From NCBI RefSeq assembly GCF_016432865.1, contig NC_067401.1:482918001-482982000 (forward strand): 64,000 bases of DNA, given 5' to 3'. Position 1 is the first letter of the stretch. Every line of letters starts with the position of its first letter. This document shows positions 1-13,469 of this stretch, in pieces. Source of the stretch: Antechinus flavipes. Lineage: Eukaryota. Both the position numbers and the translations under genes were made by a program. A model generated the notes under the pieces. That model saw only the letters and a list, made by a program, of their open reading frames with translations. It was not told the origin of the DNA and ran no database searches.

Positions 1-1108
1 TAGTATTTCATTTAGTTTAGATACCAATTGGAGTTGCAGCTCAAACTCCTGAGCACAAGAGAACCACCAGCTTCACTCATCCACTGGCAGGAATTGGGCT
101 CCTGTGCTTGGCCAGTTTAAACTTTTTAAAAGATAATTTTTATTGCTTTGTTTTTACGTATACATACATAAATACCAAAAATATATAGCTACATCTGTAT
201 CTATATCTATATCTATATCCTTTTGTCTTTCTTCCTCATAGCTAAGACTAAAAAAAAAAATAAATCAGCATCATGCTATATAGCATTTCTATAGGAAATA
301 AAGTCTTTTCTAACAGGTTATGTCATTTGACAAATAGGATATCAAAATGTCAATATATCATATTTAAAAAGCCTAACTATAGATGTAGTGTTCTATGCCC
401 GTAAACATCTCTGCCAAGAAAAAGAAAGAGATTAAATGTTCCTAAAATATAGGAATTATTCTATGAGGAAATCATTCTCCATCTGCTTTCCCTCCAGAAA
501 ATAAAGAAGTTGGGTTTGTAACCTTGCCCTCTCAACTTGGAGTGTAATCAGTGTGTTTGTTGGAAGGCTTGAGACAGAAGCAATAGCAATGAGAGACCTT
601 GTGTTCTGACAACCATGTCCTGCCTTTGTCAACTGTGGATTTACTGTCCCATCAAGGGCAATAAATCACCTCCCGGAAGAGGAGTTTATGTTTGGCTGCC
701 AAAGGGTCCCTAGGTACTTACCTCCACTAAGGGAACAAACTTCTGGGTACAGCCTTAAGTGGGGGTGAATTGTCCTGGTTTCCTCTGAACTTTTGATTTC
801 CTTGTAGGTCAGAGGGTTATTTTTAACCAATGAAGTCCACCAGGGCTAGAACTCATCAAGGCCAGGGTCTTTGGGTACATAGTTCATAGGTGAAACTCCT
901 TGAGAATATTGAGCTTGTAAAGAATCCCTGAATCCATAGTCACCTTTGCCGGGTTAGTGAAGTGTGATCCATGAGACTTTGTATTCCAGAGGTGTTCTTG
1001 GATGTGGAGAGAAGAGAGAGAACAAAGTTAGGAAAGAAAAAATTCTTTTAGTTCCTGGCTTGTAGCATCCATATTGAATAATGGGGGTTGGAAGAAGAAA
1101 CTAGCCTC

Positions 1109-1393
1109 AAAATCAGCCTCTGATTATTGATAGGTATGTGGTGTTTATCCTTCCTGAGCCTCATAAAAGGGGATGATAATTATTTTAAAATTAAAATTTG
1201 TTTAAAATTAATTTAAAATGAAAAATAATATTTTTCACAGGGCTATATCAATTCTTTGAATTTATGTAATCAAAATCAGTCTCTAGTTATTGCTAGATAT
1301 GGGGTGCTTATCCTTCCTGAGCCTCATCTATAAAAGGGGATGATAATTTTTAAATTAAAATTTATTTAAAATTAAAAATATCATTTTCACAGG
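1109..1393. repeat. Two-copy tandem duplication, ~162-bp period
   Basis: 1109-1241 and 1271-1393 both read 'caaaatcag.ctct...tatccttcctgagcctcat...gggatgataat...ttttcacagg'. Confidence 0.85.
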
Positions 1394-2166
1394 ATTATTA
1401 TATAAGTTTTTAGCAAATGTTAAAGGGCCTGCATATATACAACTTGTTTTTGCAGTGGAAAAGCAAATTATCTGGCCTAGCAGTTTGGGAAAAAGAAATT
1501 TCTTTTCCTCTGCATTCAGAAGTAAGCAGAACTGATTCTCACAAAATGAGCAAATTAAAATCCAACCAACCTTAAAACTCATTTCAGAAAGATGAGCAAG
1601 TCTGAACAAAGCCTGGGGAGGATGAAGGCTTGTTCCCTCTGCTGCATTCTTGCACAGCCGGAGGTGTCATTTGGCAGGATTTGAAGCCAACTTTTCCCAG
1701 CTCTCACCTTCAGCTTTCCAGCCACCATGATATAGATGCAACAAGCCAAGGATGGAAAGATTTGCCTTTATTAACTTCCTTTTCTCTTGTGTACATTTCC
1801 CTGGATCACAAAGGGCATCCCACTTGTGTCCTTGCTTGGAAGTACATCCAGAAAGACTGCTTCTCCTTGCATCGCGCAGCCTTCCTGCATCCTTCCCAAA
1901 GGTGTTATGATATATGGGCCCAGTAACGGTGTTAATGATCCTCATAGTCTGGGGGGAGTGTAAGCATTTCATCATGCTCATGTGCCTGGAGTATAAAATG
2001 CTAGCAATTGAAAACACCAGGCCCGCGATTGGCCAAGTGGGGCTGCTACATTCCTGCATCAGGCCAGGGGGACAAGCAAACGATTTTGGTTTTCAGCTCA
2101 TTGTTTTTTGGGGCTATCATGAATGTTCACTTATATATGCTTACTCAGTACTTTTTCTCATCCCTT

Positions 2167-2690
2167 CTCTGCCTCCCCACTACATGCATCAGTTTTAAAT
2201 TAAAAAAAGAAAAATCATTTGAAATCTTTTTTTAAGAGTTAAAAGTAAAAAATTGGACATGATAACCAAGATTGTATGATACTTCCAGTAAAACCTGGAC
2301 TTAGTTTCATATAGGGAATAATTTGCTCTGGACTACTTTCTCTACCTCCCACTACATGCATAAATTTTAAGTGAAAAAAAAAAGGAAAATAATTTGAAGT
2401 CTTTTTTAAGAATTAAAAGTAAAAAAATTCAGACATGGTACCCAAGATTGTAATGATGCTTCCAATAAAACCTGGACTTATGCTTAATATAGGGAGTAAT
2501 TTGCTCTGGACTATTTTCTGCCTCCCTACTACATGCACAAATTTTAAATTAAAAAAAAAGGAAAATAATTTGATTTGAAGTCTTTTTTAAGAGTTAAAAG
2601 TAAAAAATTGGACATGGTACCCAAGATAGTGGTGATGCTTCCAATAAAACCTGGACTTATGTTTAATATAGGGAGTAGTTTTCTCTGACC
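2167..2690. repeat. Three-copy tandem repeat, ~175-bp unit
   Basis: Units start at ~2167, 2340 and 2517 ('ctctgcctccc.actacatgca...aaaacctggactta...tatagggag'). Confidence 0.92.
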
Positions 2691-3159
2691 TGTTTTCTTG
2701 GTTGTTAGAAAGACTCATTTCTATTTTCCCCTTACCTAAATGTGCATACATAGTTATGTCTCTTTAGTTCTAAGAAAGGCTTCTTTTGATCTTTGTACCT
2801 CTTGAGCTGTTGCCATTGGCTCAAAGATTTAGAGAGAAGTGGACACTTTTAAATGACTTGCTTCAGATCTAATGCAGGTTTTTTAAAAATCAGGGATTCA
2901 TAGAACACCAGGGTAGTAGTAGGAGTGGGTGGATTTATTTTTGTTATGCTTATGATGCTCATGAAGTTGTATGGAGAAAGAAATTACATCATTATTTCAT
3001 TGGTAGTAATATTTATTTTATTTTTTTTTGCATTTAAATACTTTATTCTGCAAAGGGTCTATTGGCCAAAAGGGATCTAGGACACAAAAAAATATGGGTC
3101 TAGCATTTACCCTTGTAAGGCTATTTTCTATCTGCATACAACTAGCTATTAAACTGTTA

Positions 3160-3375
3160 GTTGTTCAATCAATTAACAATTGTGTCTGACTCTCTGTGAG
3201 AGTTTGGGGGTTTTCTTAGCAAAGGTAGTGGAGTGGTTTGCCATTTCCTTCTCCAACTCATTTTACAGATGAGGAAACTGAGGTAAACAGGGTAAAGTGA
3301 TTTATATAGATAGGATCACACTGCTAATAAGGGTCTGAGGCTGCATTTGAACTCAGCTCTTTTTGACTCCTGCCC
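3160..3375 (-). mobile_element. MAR1-type CORE-SINE
   Basis: 'ttttcttagcaaaggtagtggagtggtttgccatttccttctccaactcattttacagatgaggaaactgagg'. Confidence 0.75.
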
Positions 3376-4615
3376 CTTAGACTGGTGGAGCTAGAGTCAA
3401 AAAGACCCGGATTCAATGTGTCCTTAAATACTGAGTGATTCTCTCTTAAACCTCAATTTCTTCCCCGAAACAAACATGGAGATCATGACATCTATAACAC
3501 TTAATTCACTGTAAAGATACCATAGGATCCTTATATGCATATAAAATAATATGCATGTAAATATTGCATATAATGCACATAAAAGTGCTTTTGTAAATCT
3601 TCAGGTACATTCACCTCACTTACTAATGTTTTGTGTGCTGAGGACATACCCTGATTGAGAAGGAATATTCCACACTTAGCACGCGCTTTCCTAATGCTTT
3701 GTCCCAAGTCAAGGCCGAGCTTTGTTTGGGACTTCTTCCAAGAACATTGGCTTTCTGATTGGAAATAATCAGGGCTTGCCTTTGACCTTCCAAACATTCA
3801 TGCCCTCGCTGGACTGGATGTTGGCCGTCCACGGGCAGTTTAAAAATGGCGTCCACGGGGCCCTGCTCACAATGGCTGGGATAAGGACATCACTATAGTA
3901 ACTTGTTCACCATTTTTATCTTTTCTCTCCAGCCAATCTAGAGGGGAATTTTAAAAAGCAATGCTTGGAAAAAAAACATTTTTTTGTAATCCATATTTGT
4001 GTCAGCCAAAGTCCTGATGCTCTATCGCTCTGACCTTATTTTGAAGCGGGTGCGGGACTGGGCGAGGAATCTTATTTATGATGTTGTACAAGAGTCTTAA
4101 ATCCCATCATGGAAATTTTCAAATGCAGGCCTGAGGAATGCACGGAGCTCTCTGGGATGATTTGTCAGCTGCCTGGGGATATGTATTCATTAACATACCA
4201 CTTCATGCTCGCGGCCCTGCCCTTCATGCTTGCCTGCCGTTCATTTGTCCTGGATGTTGCTGGCCTTGGTTAATGAAGTCAGAGGCTGAGCTGGGAGAGT
4301 TAAAAATTCATTAAAAAATAAATAGACCGGTTATGAAAGAAGTCGACGAATGAATGATCAGAGGAAGGAGCCTCTTGGAGCAGAAAGGAAGAAATCAGTT
4401 TCTAGAACTGTGAGTGAATTCAGTCTTTGTGGAGAGAGTACTAAGGACCAGGATGGATGCAAATCCCAGACATTTATCACCTTTGAGACAAAGTCACCTT
4501 AGTTTCTTTATCTGTAAAATGGGGAGAATACCTTCATATAGTGCCTATCTCATAGAGATGTTAGGATGAAAACAAAATAAGGCTGAAGCAAGTCAAAAAG
4601 CTATTATTAAACACC

Positions 4616-4765
4616 ACATGTTTAACTTATATTGGATGACTTGTTATCTAGGGGAGAAGGTGGGAGGAAGGGAAAGATTTGGAACACAAGATTTTGCAAG
4701 GGTAAATGTTGAAAATTATCCACGTATGTTTTGAAAATAAAAACTTTAATAAAAAAAGAAAAAAT
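4616..4765 (+). mobile_element. L1 3' tip with A-rich tail
   Basis: '...ggaacacaagattttgcaagggtaaatgttgaaaattatcc...ttttgaaaataaaaactttaataaaaaaagaaaaa'. Confidence 0.8.
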
Positions 4766-5413
4766 GTGTTAAAATTATTAAGCACCTACTGTGTGCTAGT
4801 CATTGTGGATTGATATCTTTTTAAGAACTAAAAATAATTTGAAACAGCCAGCTCTGGGAAGACAAAGAAAGGCCAAAAAAAAAAAATAGTCTCTGTCCTC
4901 AAAGGGCTTACAGACTAATGGGAGAGATAATTTGCCAACAACTATGTACACATGGGATAAATTGGGGATTATCTAAGAGGAAGGCTTTTCTGGCATTAAG
5001 GAGCAGCAGGAAGGAAAGATTTGTGGACAGTGGGATTTTAGGAAGTAGGTTTGTAAGGTATTTTGTGGACCGTTGTGAATCATCTAGCTTTATTATTGTC
5101 GGACAAAGTCTTGAGAATGGATGCCAAAGCATGGTGGATGGGTGACCTGTCACATAACTTATAAATACTATACTCAGCACAGCCAACATGTGGCTTTACT
5201 TTATCATCTAATCAATAAATTCAAATTGATTAAAGACTTGCTATTACTATTTGTCAGGTGCCAAGGACACAATAATGAAAGGAGCTCCTTATTCATAGGG
5301 AGCACTCATCATTTAAATATATAATAATTGTTTATTAAATGTAAAGAGAATATATATAAGGTAGTTATTATCCCATTTGGTCCTTATTACAGTCCTATGA
5401 ATTATTAAGCGCC

Positions 5414-5530
5414 ACATATTTAGCATATATTGGATTACTTGCCATCTAGGGGAGGAGGTGGCGAGAAGGGAGGGAAAAAATTTGGCACAAAAGGTTTTGC
5501 AAGAGTGAATGTTGAAAATTATCCACGTAT
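5414..5530 (+). mobile_element. L1 3' tip
   Basis: Homologous to 4616-4730. Confidence 0.75.
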
Positions 5531-5884
5531 ATCCATGTCTCTTTTTTGCAGGTGAGGAAACTGAGGTTGAGGGAATAAAGTAAAGTGAAATGTGGGCCCT
5601 AGCTAGTCTCTTTTGAACTCAGTCTAGGTGGCACAGTGACTGGAGCAGTGGACATCAGAGTCAGGAAAAGCTGAATTCAAATCCTATCTCAGACACTAGC
5701 TTTGTGATCCTGGATAAATCATTAAGTTCTTTCAACCTCATTGTCCTCATCTGTAAGATGGAATGATGGGGGCTGTTGGATAAAATGAGATAATGCAAAC
5801 AAATGTTGTTGTTACCACCTTATGCTACTGTTACCGCTTCTTTAAGACCGATGGTTTCCTTGGTGTAGGTGTCCCCGTCCTGTT

Positions 5885-6010
5885 GTTCAAACTTTGTTTT
5901 CTGGGAGGATCGATGACGTCATGGGGATGTCTTGACTCCCTCATAAATTAGATTTCAATGAGGCAAAATTGCACAAAGTTATCAGTCGTGATCTTTCTTC
6001 CAGAGTCGAC
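5885..6010. mobile_element. Fragment of a marsupial RTE-related SINE (WALLSI/RTESINE-like)
   Basis: 'gatgacgtcatggggatgtcttgac...gaggcaaaattgcacaaagttatcagtc...tcttccagagtc' resembles the recalled consensus; family name uncertain. Confidence 0.45.
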
Positions 6011-7283
6011 AGGACGTCCTCGTTCTGTAACTTGATGGACAGTCTTTGAAAGTTGATATAACTGAAAAATTTGTCACCCCGCAGTTGACCTGATGATGAG
6101 ACTCTCTGAATTTGGCGGGGCTGGTCCTTGGATGAGAGGAGCCCAGTTTCTTGCCAGGTCTATTCTTGAAGCTTTTCCAGCTTGGGAGGATCTGCCGTGG
6201 CTTGTGCCCTGCTTGTAAAACCTTTGAGAACCCACGGTTACCCCCCTCTCCCCACTTCTGAGCCCATGAAGCAGAGAGCAGGACTTGGGCGTATTGAGTT
6301 TAGAAAATACTTTGAAATAATCTCAGATTCCTGTGTTGTAACACCTGGAACAAGAATAACCATTGCAGTTAGAGATGTTGAGAAAATCCTGAAAATAGCT
6401 CAGCTTTTCTCTTGAGAAAATTAAAATCAAACAATAATCAAAATATCTTTAAAGCAATTTCCTTGGCCATATCTACTAAGACTTAGAAATCTGTAATCTG
6501 CTTTGTTGGAAGGAGTTCCAGTAATGCTGATAAAATCACAGATCCTTTGCTTCTATTGTATAATATAATTAAGTGCAAGCTCTACTCCATTGAATGGAAG
6601 TCATGAAACCAGACATAAGAATGCAAAGCTCTGAATATTTCACTCATACACTGGATGACACAGTTTCATCTCGGGCAATTCAGTTCATTTCTCTGTTCCT
6701 CAGTTTCCTCAGCTGTAATTTGACTGAATTGAATGAGATGATCTCTAAGCTCCCTTCCTCCTCTAATCCTATAATTTTTAGTGACTGATTTATTCTTGTC
6801 TTGACTTACTAAAATTCGGTTTATTACTTTTCATTTCAACAATATAGATCTTTTATGAATAGGGCTATTTTATACATAGTTATTTCTTATGGACAGAATC
6901 ATTTCCCCATTATAATGTGAGCCCCTTGAAGCAGAGATTTATGTTTTTGCTGTTTTTTGTATCCCAGATCTGGGTGCATAATAAGTGTTTAATATACACA
7001 TGATTACTTCCTGGATGACTTCAGCTAAACACATATTTATTTTAACTCCTGTGTAATGGGCACAGTGTTGGGTGCTGGGGATATATAAATGAGAATAAGA
7101 CAATCACTGCTCTCATAGAGCTTACATTCTACTTGCAGGAAACAACATGCACACAAATAAGTAAGTACAACATATATACAAAATAGCATCCAAAATAAAA
7201 ATTAAATGGAAGGTGGGGAAGGGGACCAATAGTGAGACAATCAAGATGGCCCTCATTGCCCTGAAAGAAATGATTTATTTTTA

Positions 7284-7520
7284 TTGTTGTCCAGTCATTT
7301 TAAAATCATGTTTGACTCTTTGTGACCCCCTTTAGGCTTTTCTTGGCAGAAATACTGCAGTGGTTTGTCGTCTCCTTTTCCGGCTCCTTTTATAGATGAG
7401 GAAACTGAGGCAAATAGGGTTAAGGGATTTGCCCAGGATCACACAGCCAGGAAATGTCTGAGGTCAGATTTGAACTCAGGTCTTTCTGATTCCAGTCCTC
7501 ATGCTCTCACCACAGCACCT
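7284..7520 (-). mobile_element. MAR1-type CORE-SINE
   Basis: RTE-like tail, core 'gatgaggaaactgaggc' and antisense tRNA head. Confidence 0.8.
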
Positions 7521-7569
7521 TCTAATGGTTTATTAGATGTCATCATATCAAGGTGCGTTCCCAAAATCA

Positions 7570-7730
7570 TAGCTATATTATATATATTATATTATGTTAC
7601 ATTATATTATATTTTATCATATTGTATAATATTATATCATATTGTATTATATTGCATATATAATATATATTTATGTAATATAACATAATGTATAATATAC
7701 ATTATATTGTATTATAATATATATTATATG
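7570..7730. repeat. (TATAT/ATATT)n AT-rich low-complexity tract
   Basis: Visible directly. Confidence 0.9.
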
Positions 7731-8281
7731 GCATGTCTGCTTTCTGTCCCTTTCTATTTTGGTTGGAATTAGACAAAAACCAAAAGTTCCATCCCAATCT
7801 TTGGTTCAGTTCAGTCTGTAGAGAAGATTATTATTACTCTGCCTTGACGTGGTCACTTGGCTCAGCATGGTCAGCAATTGGTGGACGGAGAAGGAAGGAC
7901 AGCAGAGACCATAAAGAGCAGGGGAAACGACCAGGACTCATTTTGCTCCCTGTGGTTGAATGTTTTCCCAAAGACAAGCCTGAGGTTTAAAGTATTATCA
8001 AGATGTGGGCTTTGGCCTTGGGTGGTTGACTGATAGGAATTCAGCCTTGAGCTGAACTTTGAAAATAGGTTATTTTCTTTGCCTTTTATTTAATTCCTAA
8101 GCAACCAATCTGTTGCAGTTTGTTGACCTATTTTCTCGGCTTACACTCCTTGTCTTGCTCTCTCCCCGACGCTGTTTGTTCTGGCACTTGGGGCCAAAAG
8201 CTTGGGTGCGGTTGTGCCCTCTGCTTTGGGGGATCCAGTCCTACTGACTGACCCATTTCATGAGTTTCAGGGACCATAAGT

Positions 8282-8464
8282 CAGGACTTCTTAAACTTTT
8301 TCCACCTCTTTTTGCCCCCAAAATGTTTACGTGACCAGGGTATATGGCTGTATAAAATAGGTATACAAAGCAAACATTTGCTGGTAATCAATCATACTTT
8401 TGCCCCGCCACATTCAATTACGTGACCCTACATGGAGTCGAGAACCACAGTTTAGGAAGGTTTG
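8282..8464. mobile_element. hAT/Charlie-like MITE, short form
   Basis: 'caggacttcttaaactttttccac...cacagtttaggaaggtttg'; same family as the copies at 25217 and 45173. Confidence 0.7.
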
Positions 8465-10944
8465 CTGTAAGGGATGAGTTATCTCACTAGAGTCCCTGGA
8501 TCAGTGACAACAATAAAGAGAAAATCTGTCACCTGTGGCAGGTGGGAAGAAGGAATGAGCACCTGAGGGCTTTTAAAAAAAATTTAGTCCCTGCTAGTTA
8601 CTACTAGTGTGACCCCTCTGTACCCCAATTTGGATATAAGAGGAATAATAATTTTTGTACTTCTTGTTAAGTAAAATTCAATTATGGTGACTCTATATAA
8701 CTTTATGATATTATATAAATATCAATAATCCTCTTTCTTCTTTATAACCCCTACTATACTGATTACAGGATTGTTAAAGGCAAGGGCTAGGTAAAAGTGA
8801 GCCGCTCTAGGAATGGGGAAGGCTATTAGATATGGAACTCTGCTCAAACCTGGGGTCAGGGGGGACAGGTTGAAATGTAATTAGGAAATGTTTAACAAAA
8901 TAAATAAGGATACAATGCAACATAGATAATGTTAATTTGTGGTTTTCTAAGTCAGTATGTAGTTTGATTTCTATTTGAGTCTGATACCAGTGACTGATTC
9001 CGTCCATTCCCTCCACCTAATCATCAGACTTGGTTTTTCCAAGCAATGCACACAGGGAATAGAACTTCAGCATTTACATCCTTTATAAGGGAATACAATT
9101 CATTCATTCCCTTGACTTTCAGTCAATATTTACTCCTGTACACAAGGCTTGAATTCTAAAAGATAACCCTTAGATTCTTCCTAATCCTGAATCAGCCCCC
9201 TCCCTTCTTAAAGCTATGGATGGGATTATTTTAAGGGAATTAGATTTTTCTGCTTTTTGGAATGTTACCAAAAGGTTTCAGGACCAGAAAAGTAGGGTCT
9301 ATTTTTCCCCTTTTGTTTTAATATGCATTTCTACCATAAACTACCCATTATTTCCTGTTCTTGTTTTATTATTATTTTTTTTTAACTTCTCTACTTACTG
9401 AACTACACTGCCTTTTGGCACAGAGTTTGGAGCTGAAGAAATAGAATTTTCCTTGTTTTTCCAGGAATTGGTTTGAGTTTGGGGAGAAGGAGCTGTTCAA
9501 CTGAATATTGAATAAAAAGGGAGTGTAGCATTTTGGGGAGACCCCAAATTTATTTATTTATACGTGTTGAATCCAGACCCATGTTTGCTTTCACATTCTT
9601 AGGTGTTTTATTTGTCAGGTTGTTTTTTGTTTTTCTTAAAGAGGTAATTGGAGTTAAGTGGCTTGTTCAGGGTCACACAGATGGGACATATATAAAGGGT
9701 CTGAGGGCTCGTTTGAATTCAAGGGCTGGAATTCTATCCACATCTGGCTGTTCCAATGCTATGTATTTGGATATAAAAATAAATTTCTGTTTTTGGCTCC
9801 CTGCAATCATTTTTTGTATGTTTTCTAGTATTTCCTCACTTAATTGTCTTTAGAAGGTCCTTGAACAATTCAATAATCAAAGTATGTGTTGCTCTCAGGG
9901 GTTCATTCTGTAAGAAAATATATATAGGAAATACAAATTTAAAAGCTGAATCAATCCCCTCCCTCCTTGTAGCTGTGGATGGACTTATCTCCTGGGAGTT
10001 GGACTTGTGTGTTTTTTGGGGTGTTACTGAAAGGTCTTGAGCTGAGAAAGTAGAGCTTATTTTTTCCCCTTTTGTTTCAATATGCATTTCTACTATAAAC
10101 TACCCAATATTTCCTGTCCTTGTTTGATTTTTTAAAAAAAGTGTACTTCCATTCATTGTTTCCATGTGACTTCCTATCCCTTTTACGGTAAAGAAGGTTA
10201 AAATCCACGACAATTTATGGGCTATCTCTGGGGAAAAGGAAGTACATTTCACTGCTAAAAAGCACTTAAAAAAAGAAAACCTTAGTTATCTTGAATAAAG
10301 GAAATTTTAACAGCTCTAAGGCTATTTCCTCACCCAACTTGGGTTCCAAAAGAATGACTCTGCAAATGTAGAAAATTGCTTGGATTTTAGACTTTTATAA
10401 ATAGGACTATTCAGCTCAGAGGCACAAGGGGATTCTCTGGGATAAAATGAAGACCACTGAAGGTTTTTTAAATTTTTAATGAAATCAGTTTTCTAACTTG
10501 AAATCCATCCTTTGATGTCATGGCATCATGTACCTGACATCAGAACACGAGATGGGATCCTTTAAAAGGTATTCCTGCATAGGCAGGATTAGAAACACTT
10601 ATAGTTTTGAATTCATCCAGAATATTGAGTTTGAATTCTCCTATTGCATTTATTAAGCACCTGCTGTATACAAAATATTATATCTGCTGCTGAAAGAGAA
10701 AAACGCATCCAACCATCCTTGCCATCAAGGATAGAGGCTTTAATATTAATAACTACAGTAATACTGACTGACATTTCTGTAACACTTTGAGGTTTGCAGA
10801 ATAATTTGCAGATATTTGATCAAATGAGATAATGCATGTAAATTACCATGCTAACCATAAAGCATTCAACAAAAGTCTTAGGGCTTTAACCACTTTAAGC
10901 TTTAATAAAACTGTAATATAAAGTTGAAAAATGAATCAAGACAG

Positions 10945-11090
10945 ATTGCTTATTGGTTTGGAGAGGGGGAAGGTAAGTGAGGGAAGGAGAAATAAATTTG
11001 GAATTCAAAATCTTACCAAAAAGTATGTTGAAAACTATCTTTACACGTAATTGGAAAAATAAAATACTATTGAATTCAAAAGAAAAAAAA
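10945..11090 (+). mobile_element. L1 3' tip (older subfamily)
   Basis: 'ggagaggggg...aatttggaattcaaaatcttacc...gttgaaaactatctttacacgtaattggaaaaataaaatact'. Confidence 0.7.
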
Positions 11091-11682
11091 AAGATTTTTG
11101 GTCGATTCTGTATAAAAGTTAACTATTATCTTGGCAATTCTGTAAACTTAGTGTACGATAGGTCTAAAAATTCTCATTTAATTGATGAGAAAATGGAGAT
11201 ATAATGTGGTTTATTAAGACTTGCCCATAGTCACATAGCTGATGGATGTTGGAGCTTCACGTTCTGTAGCTCTGTGGGCCCCACAGTAAATAATAAATGT
11301 TCACAATGACTCCATGTCATCAAGAAGAAAGCTAATTATGCTCAGTGTGTTATGTTTAAAGAAGCAGGCACACATGTAGCAGATTTGAGAAAACTGGTTA
11401 TCAAAAGGAGATCATATGAGTTTAGTATTTTATAGGGCGAGCTTCAGGTTGTAAGGAACATCTCATTTCCTGACCATTTGGCACAAATATAGTGTTACTA
11501 TACAAGGTGTGAGCCCACATTGGGCCCATATGAGTGAAGGTATGGAGAAAGGAATTGAAAATGTGATAGATTCTTTGGTGGTTTTAAGTCATGGATCCCG
11601 GGGGGCCAAAGCTTTGCTTTGGTTCCTGTGATATGTCCTGAATATGGACCATTTTCATATGGAGAAAATGGGCATATTTCTT

Positions 11683-11869
11683 TTTTTTTTTAATTTTTAA
11701 TAGTTTTTTATTTACAAGTTATATGCATGGGTAATTTTACAGCATTGACAATTGCCAACCTTTTGTTCCAATTTTTCCCCTCCTTCCCTCCATCCCCTCC
11801 CTTAGATGGCAGGATGACAATACATGTTAAATATATTAAAGTACAAATTAAATACAAAATAAGTATACA
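11683..11869 (-). mobile_element. L1 3' end, heavily 5'-truncated, with 18-bp TSD
   Basis: Poly-T head followed by the antisense L1 3' UTR. Perfect TSD AAAATGGGCATATTTCTT at 11665-11682 and 11870-11887. Confidence 0.9.
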
Positions 11870-13469
11870 AAAATGGGCATATTTCTTATAGGGTACTTGC
11901 TTTTCAAACATTGGGCTGGTTGGGTTCTGTTAGAAAAGGTATGCTCCTTCTGGAAGGCAGGTTTCTCCAATCTCATTTGGGAGGAAAAATGTTGGTCCAA
12001 AATGGAAATTTACTGTGAGAAAGTCCCTTCCAAAGTAACCCACATGGGGTTGTTTCTCGCTCACAAAGACCAGAAAAACAGAAATGACTTTGCTGGGAAG
12101 TAAGTGAGGGGACAGACTTTTTTTTAAAAGTTGGGCTTTGAAATACTGGACCGCACATCTGTTTTGAAAGGTGTCTTTGTCTTAAAGATACAGATGTTTG
12201 CTTTTCACTGCTTGACCACATTGCATACCTCTGGCCAGGGCCTGGGTTTAGCAGATGTTGGATTGAACAGGTCTCATTCAGTCCATTTTATTTGGGGGGG
12301 GGGAACCCTATTGAGATGAAGCTGATTAAACAACATTTACGGCAATTACTTTCTTTTTACTAAATTCTCAGCAATGCCCCATGGGGGTGGGAGAATTTTG
12401 TATAATATGATAGAAGCAGATTATTTTCTATAAATGTAGAGTGATGGAGTTGTTACCTCCTATTTCATTTTTCATAAAACTACTGTCCTTTAGAAGATAT
12501 AATTTCCTAAATAGACTTAAAGATGATGAGAAATAATAAATAGAAGTATGTATAGAATAATTTTACATACATAGAATAATTTTACATAAATATATAATAT
12601 GTATTTATACATATACTAGTGTATATGTAAAATTACTCTATGCATACTTCTATATATCAGTAATATGTGTGTATACATATACCAATTTGTGGCCATGGGC
12701 AAATTATTTACCTATTTAACTGTAACAAAAGTTGATCAACATCGATGGAGGGACTTTCCACATTGGAAGTTCTGGATCATTTTATGGTACATATTGAAAA
12801 AGTGAATTTGTGAAGTCCCTCAAACACTTTGTTACATTATATACTGTCAAACTGGCTTCTTGGATTCATGCATCAATTTTTTGACATATAAATCTATAGT
12901 TCAAAAATGGAAGCATCTATAGTCTAAGTAAAAAAGTTCCAACCTGTTCATAAGGCTTCAAGCCCTGAATGCAAGGATTGTGGAAGATAATATGTCCCCT
13001 TTGGTTGGGCTAAGATGTTTCCATAAGTGGGACTGATCAAGATCAAAGGATCTAGAGGATTCATTAATCCATGAGTCTTTAGAACCAGAAGATTCAGTAA
13101 AGGTTGTTTTGAAAAAGTAAAAAGAGGATGGGATATACTAATGGAAAAGGAGAGTGTGTTGGAAGAGATTTTTCAAATTAGCTGGAAGTAAAAGAGAAAA
13201 AACAACCCAGATTTGTTAAGCTGTGAAAACACCCCTCAGGAAGCATCAGAACCTTAGGCTTCAATTCAGGTCAGTTCAACTAACACTTAGCCAGGTCTGG
13301 TCTTTGCCAGGCCCTGGCGTTGCTAGACATGGCAGATGCAGACTGAAAGGAAGCAGGCCCTGCCTTCCTAGCATTCTGTTGTGGTAGATGGAAAAACAAC
13401 ATAAAAAGATAAATAAATACTGCACATGTACTTAGCAAACTGAAAGCAATTTCTTTTTATTTTTTAAAA

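Noticed and set aside
6085-6225. Possible cryptic exon after 'ccccgcag'
   Set aside because: No strong donor and no recognisable product in any frame.
12750-12759. Perfect NF-kB site GGGACTTTCC
   Set aside because: A single 10-mer inside a SINE-like remnant; plausible by chance in 64 kb.
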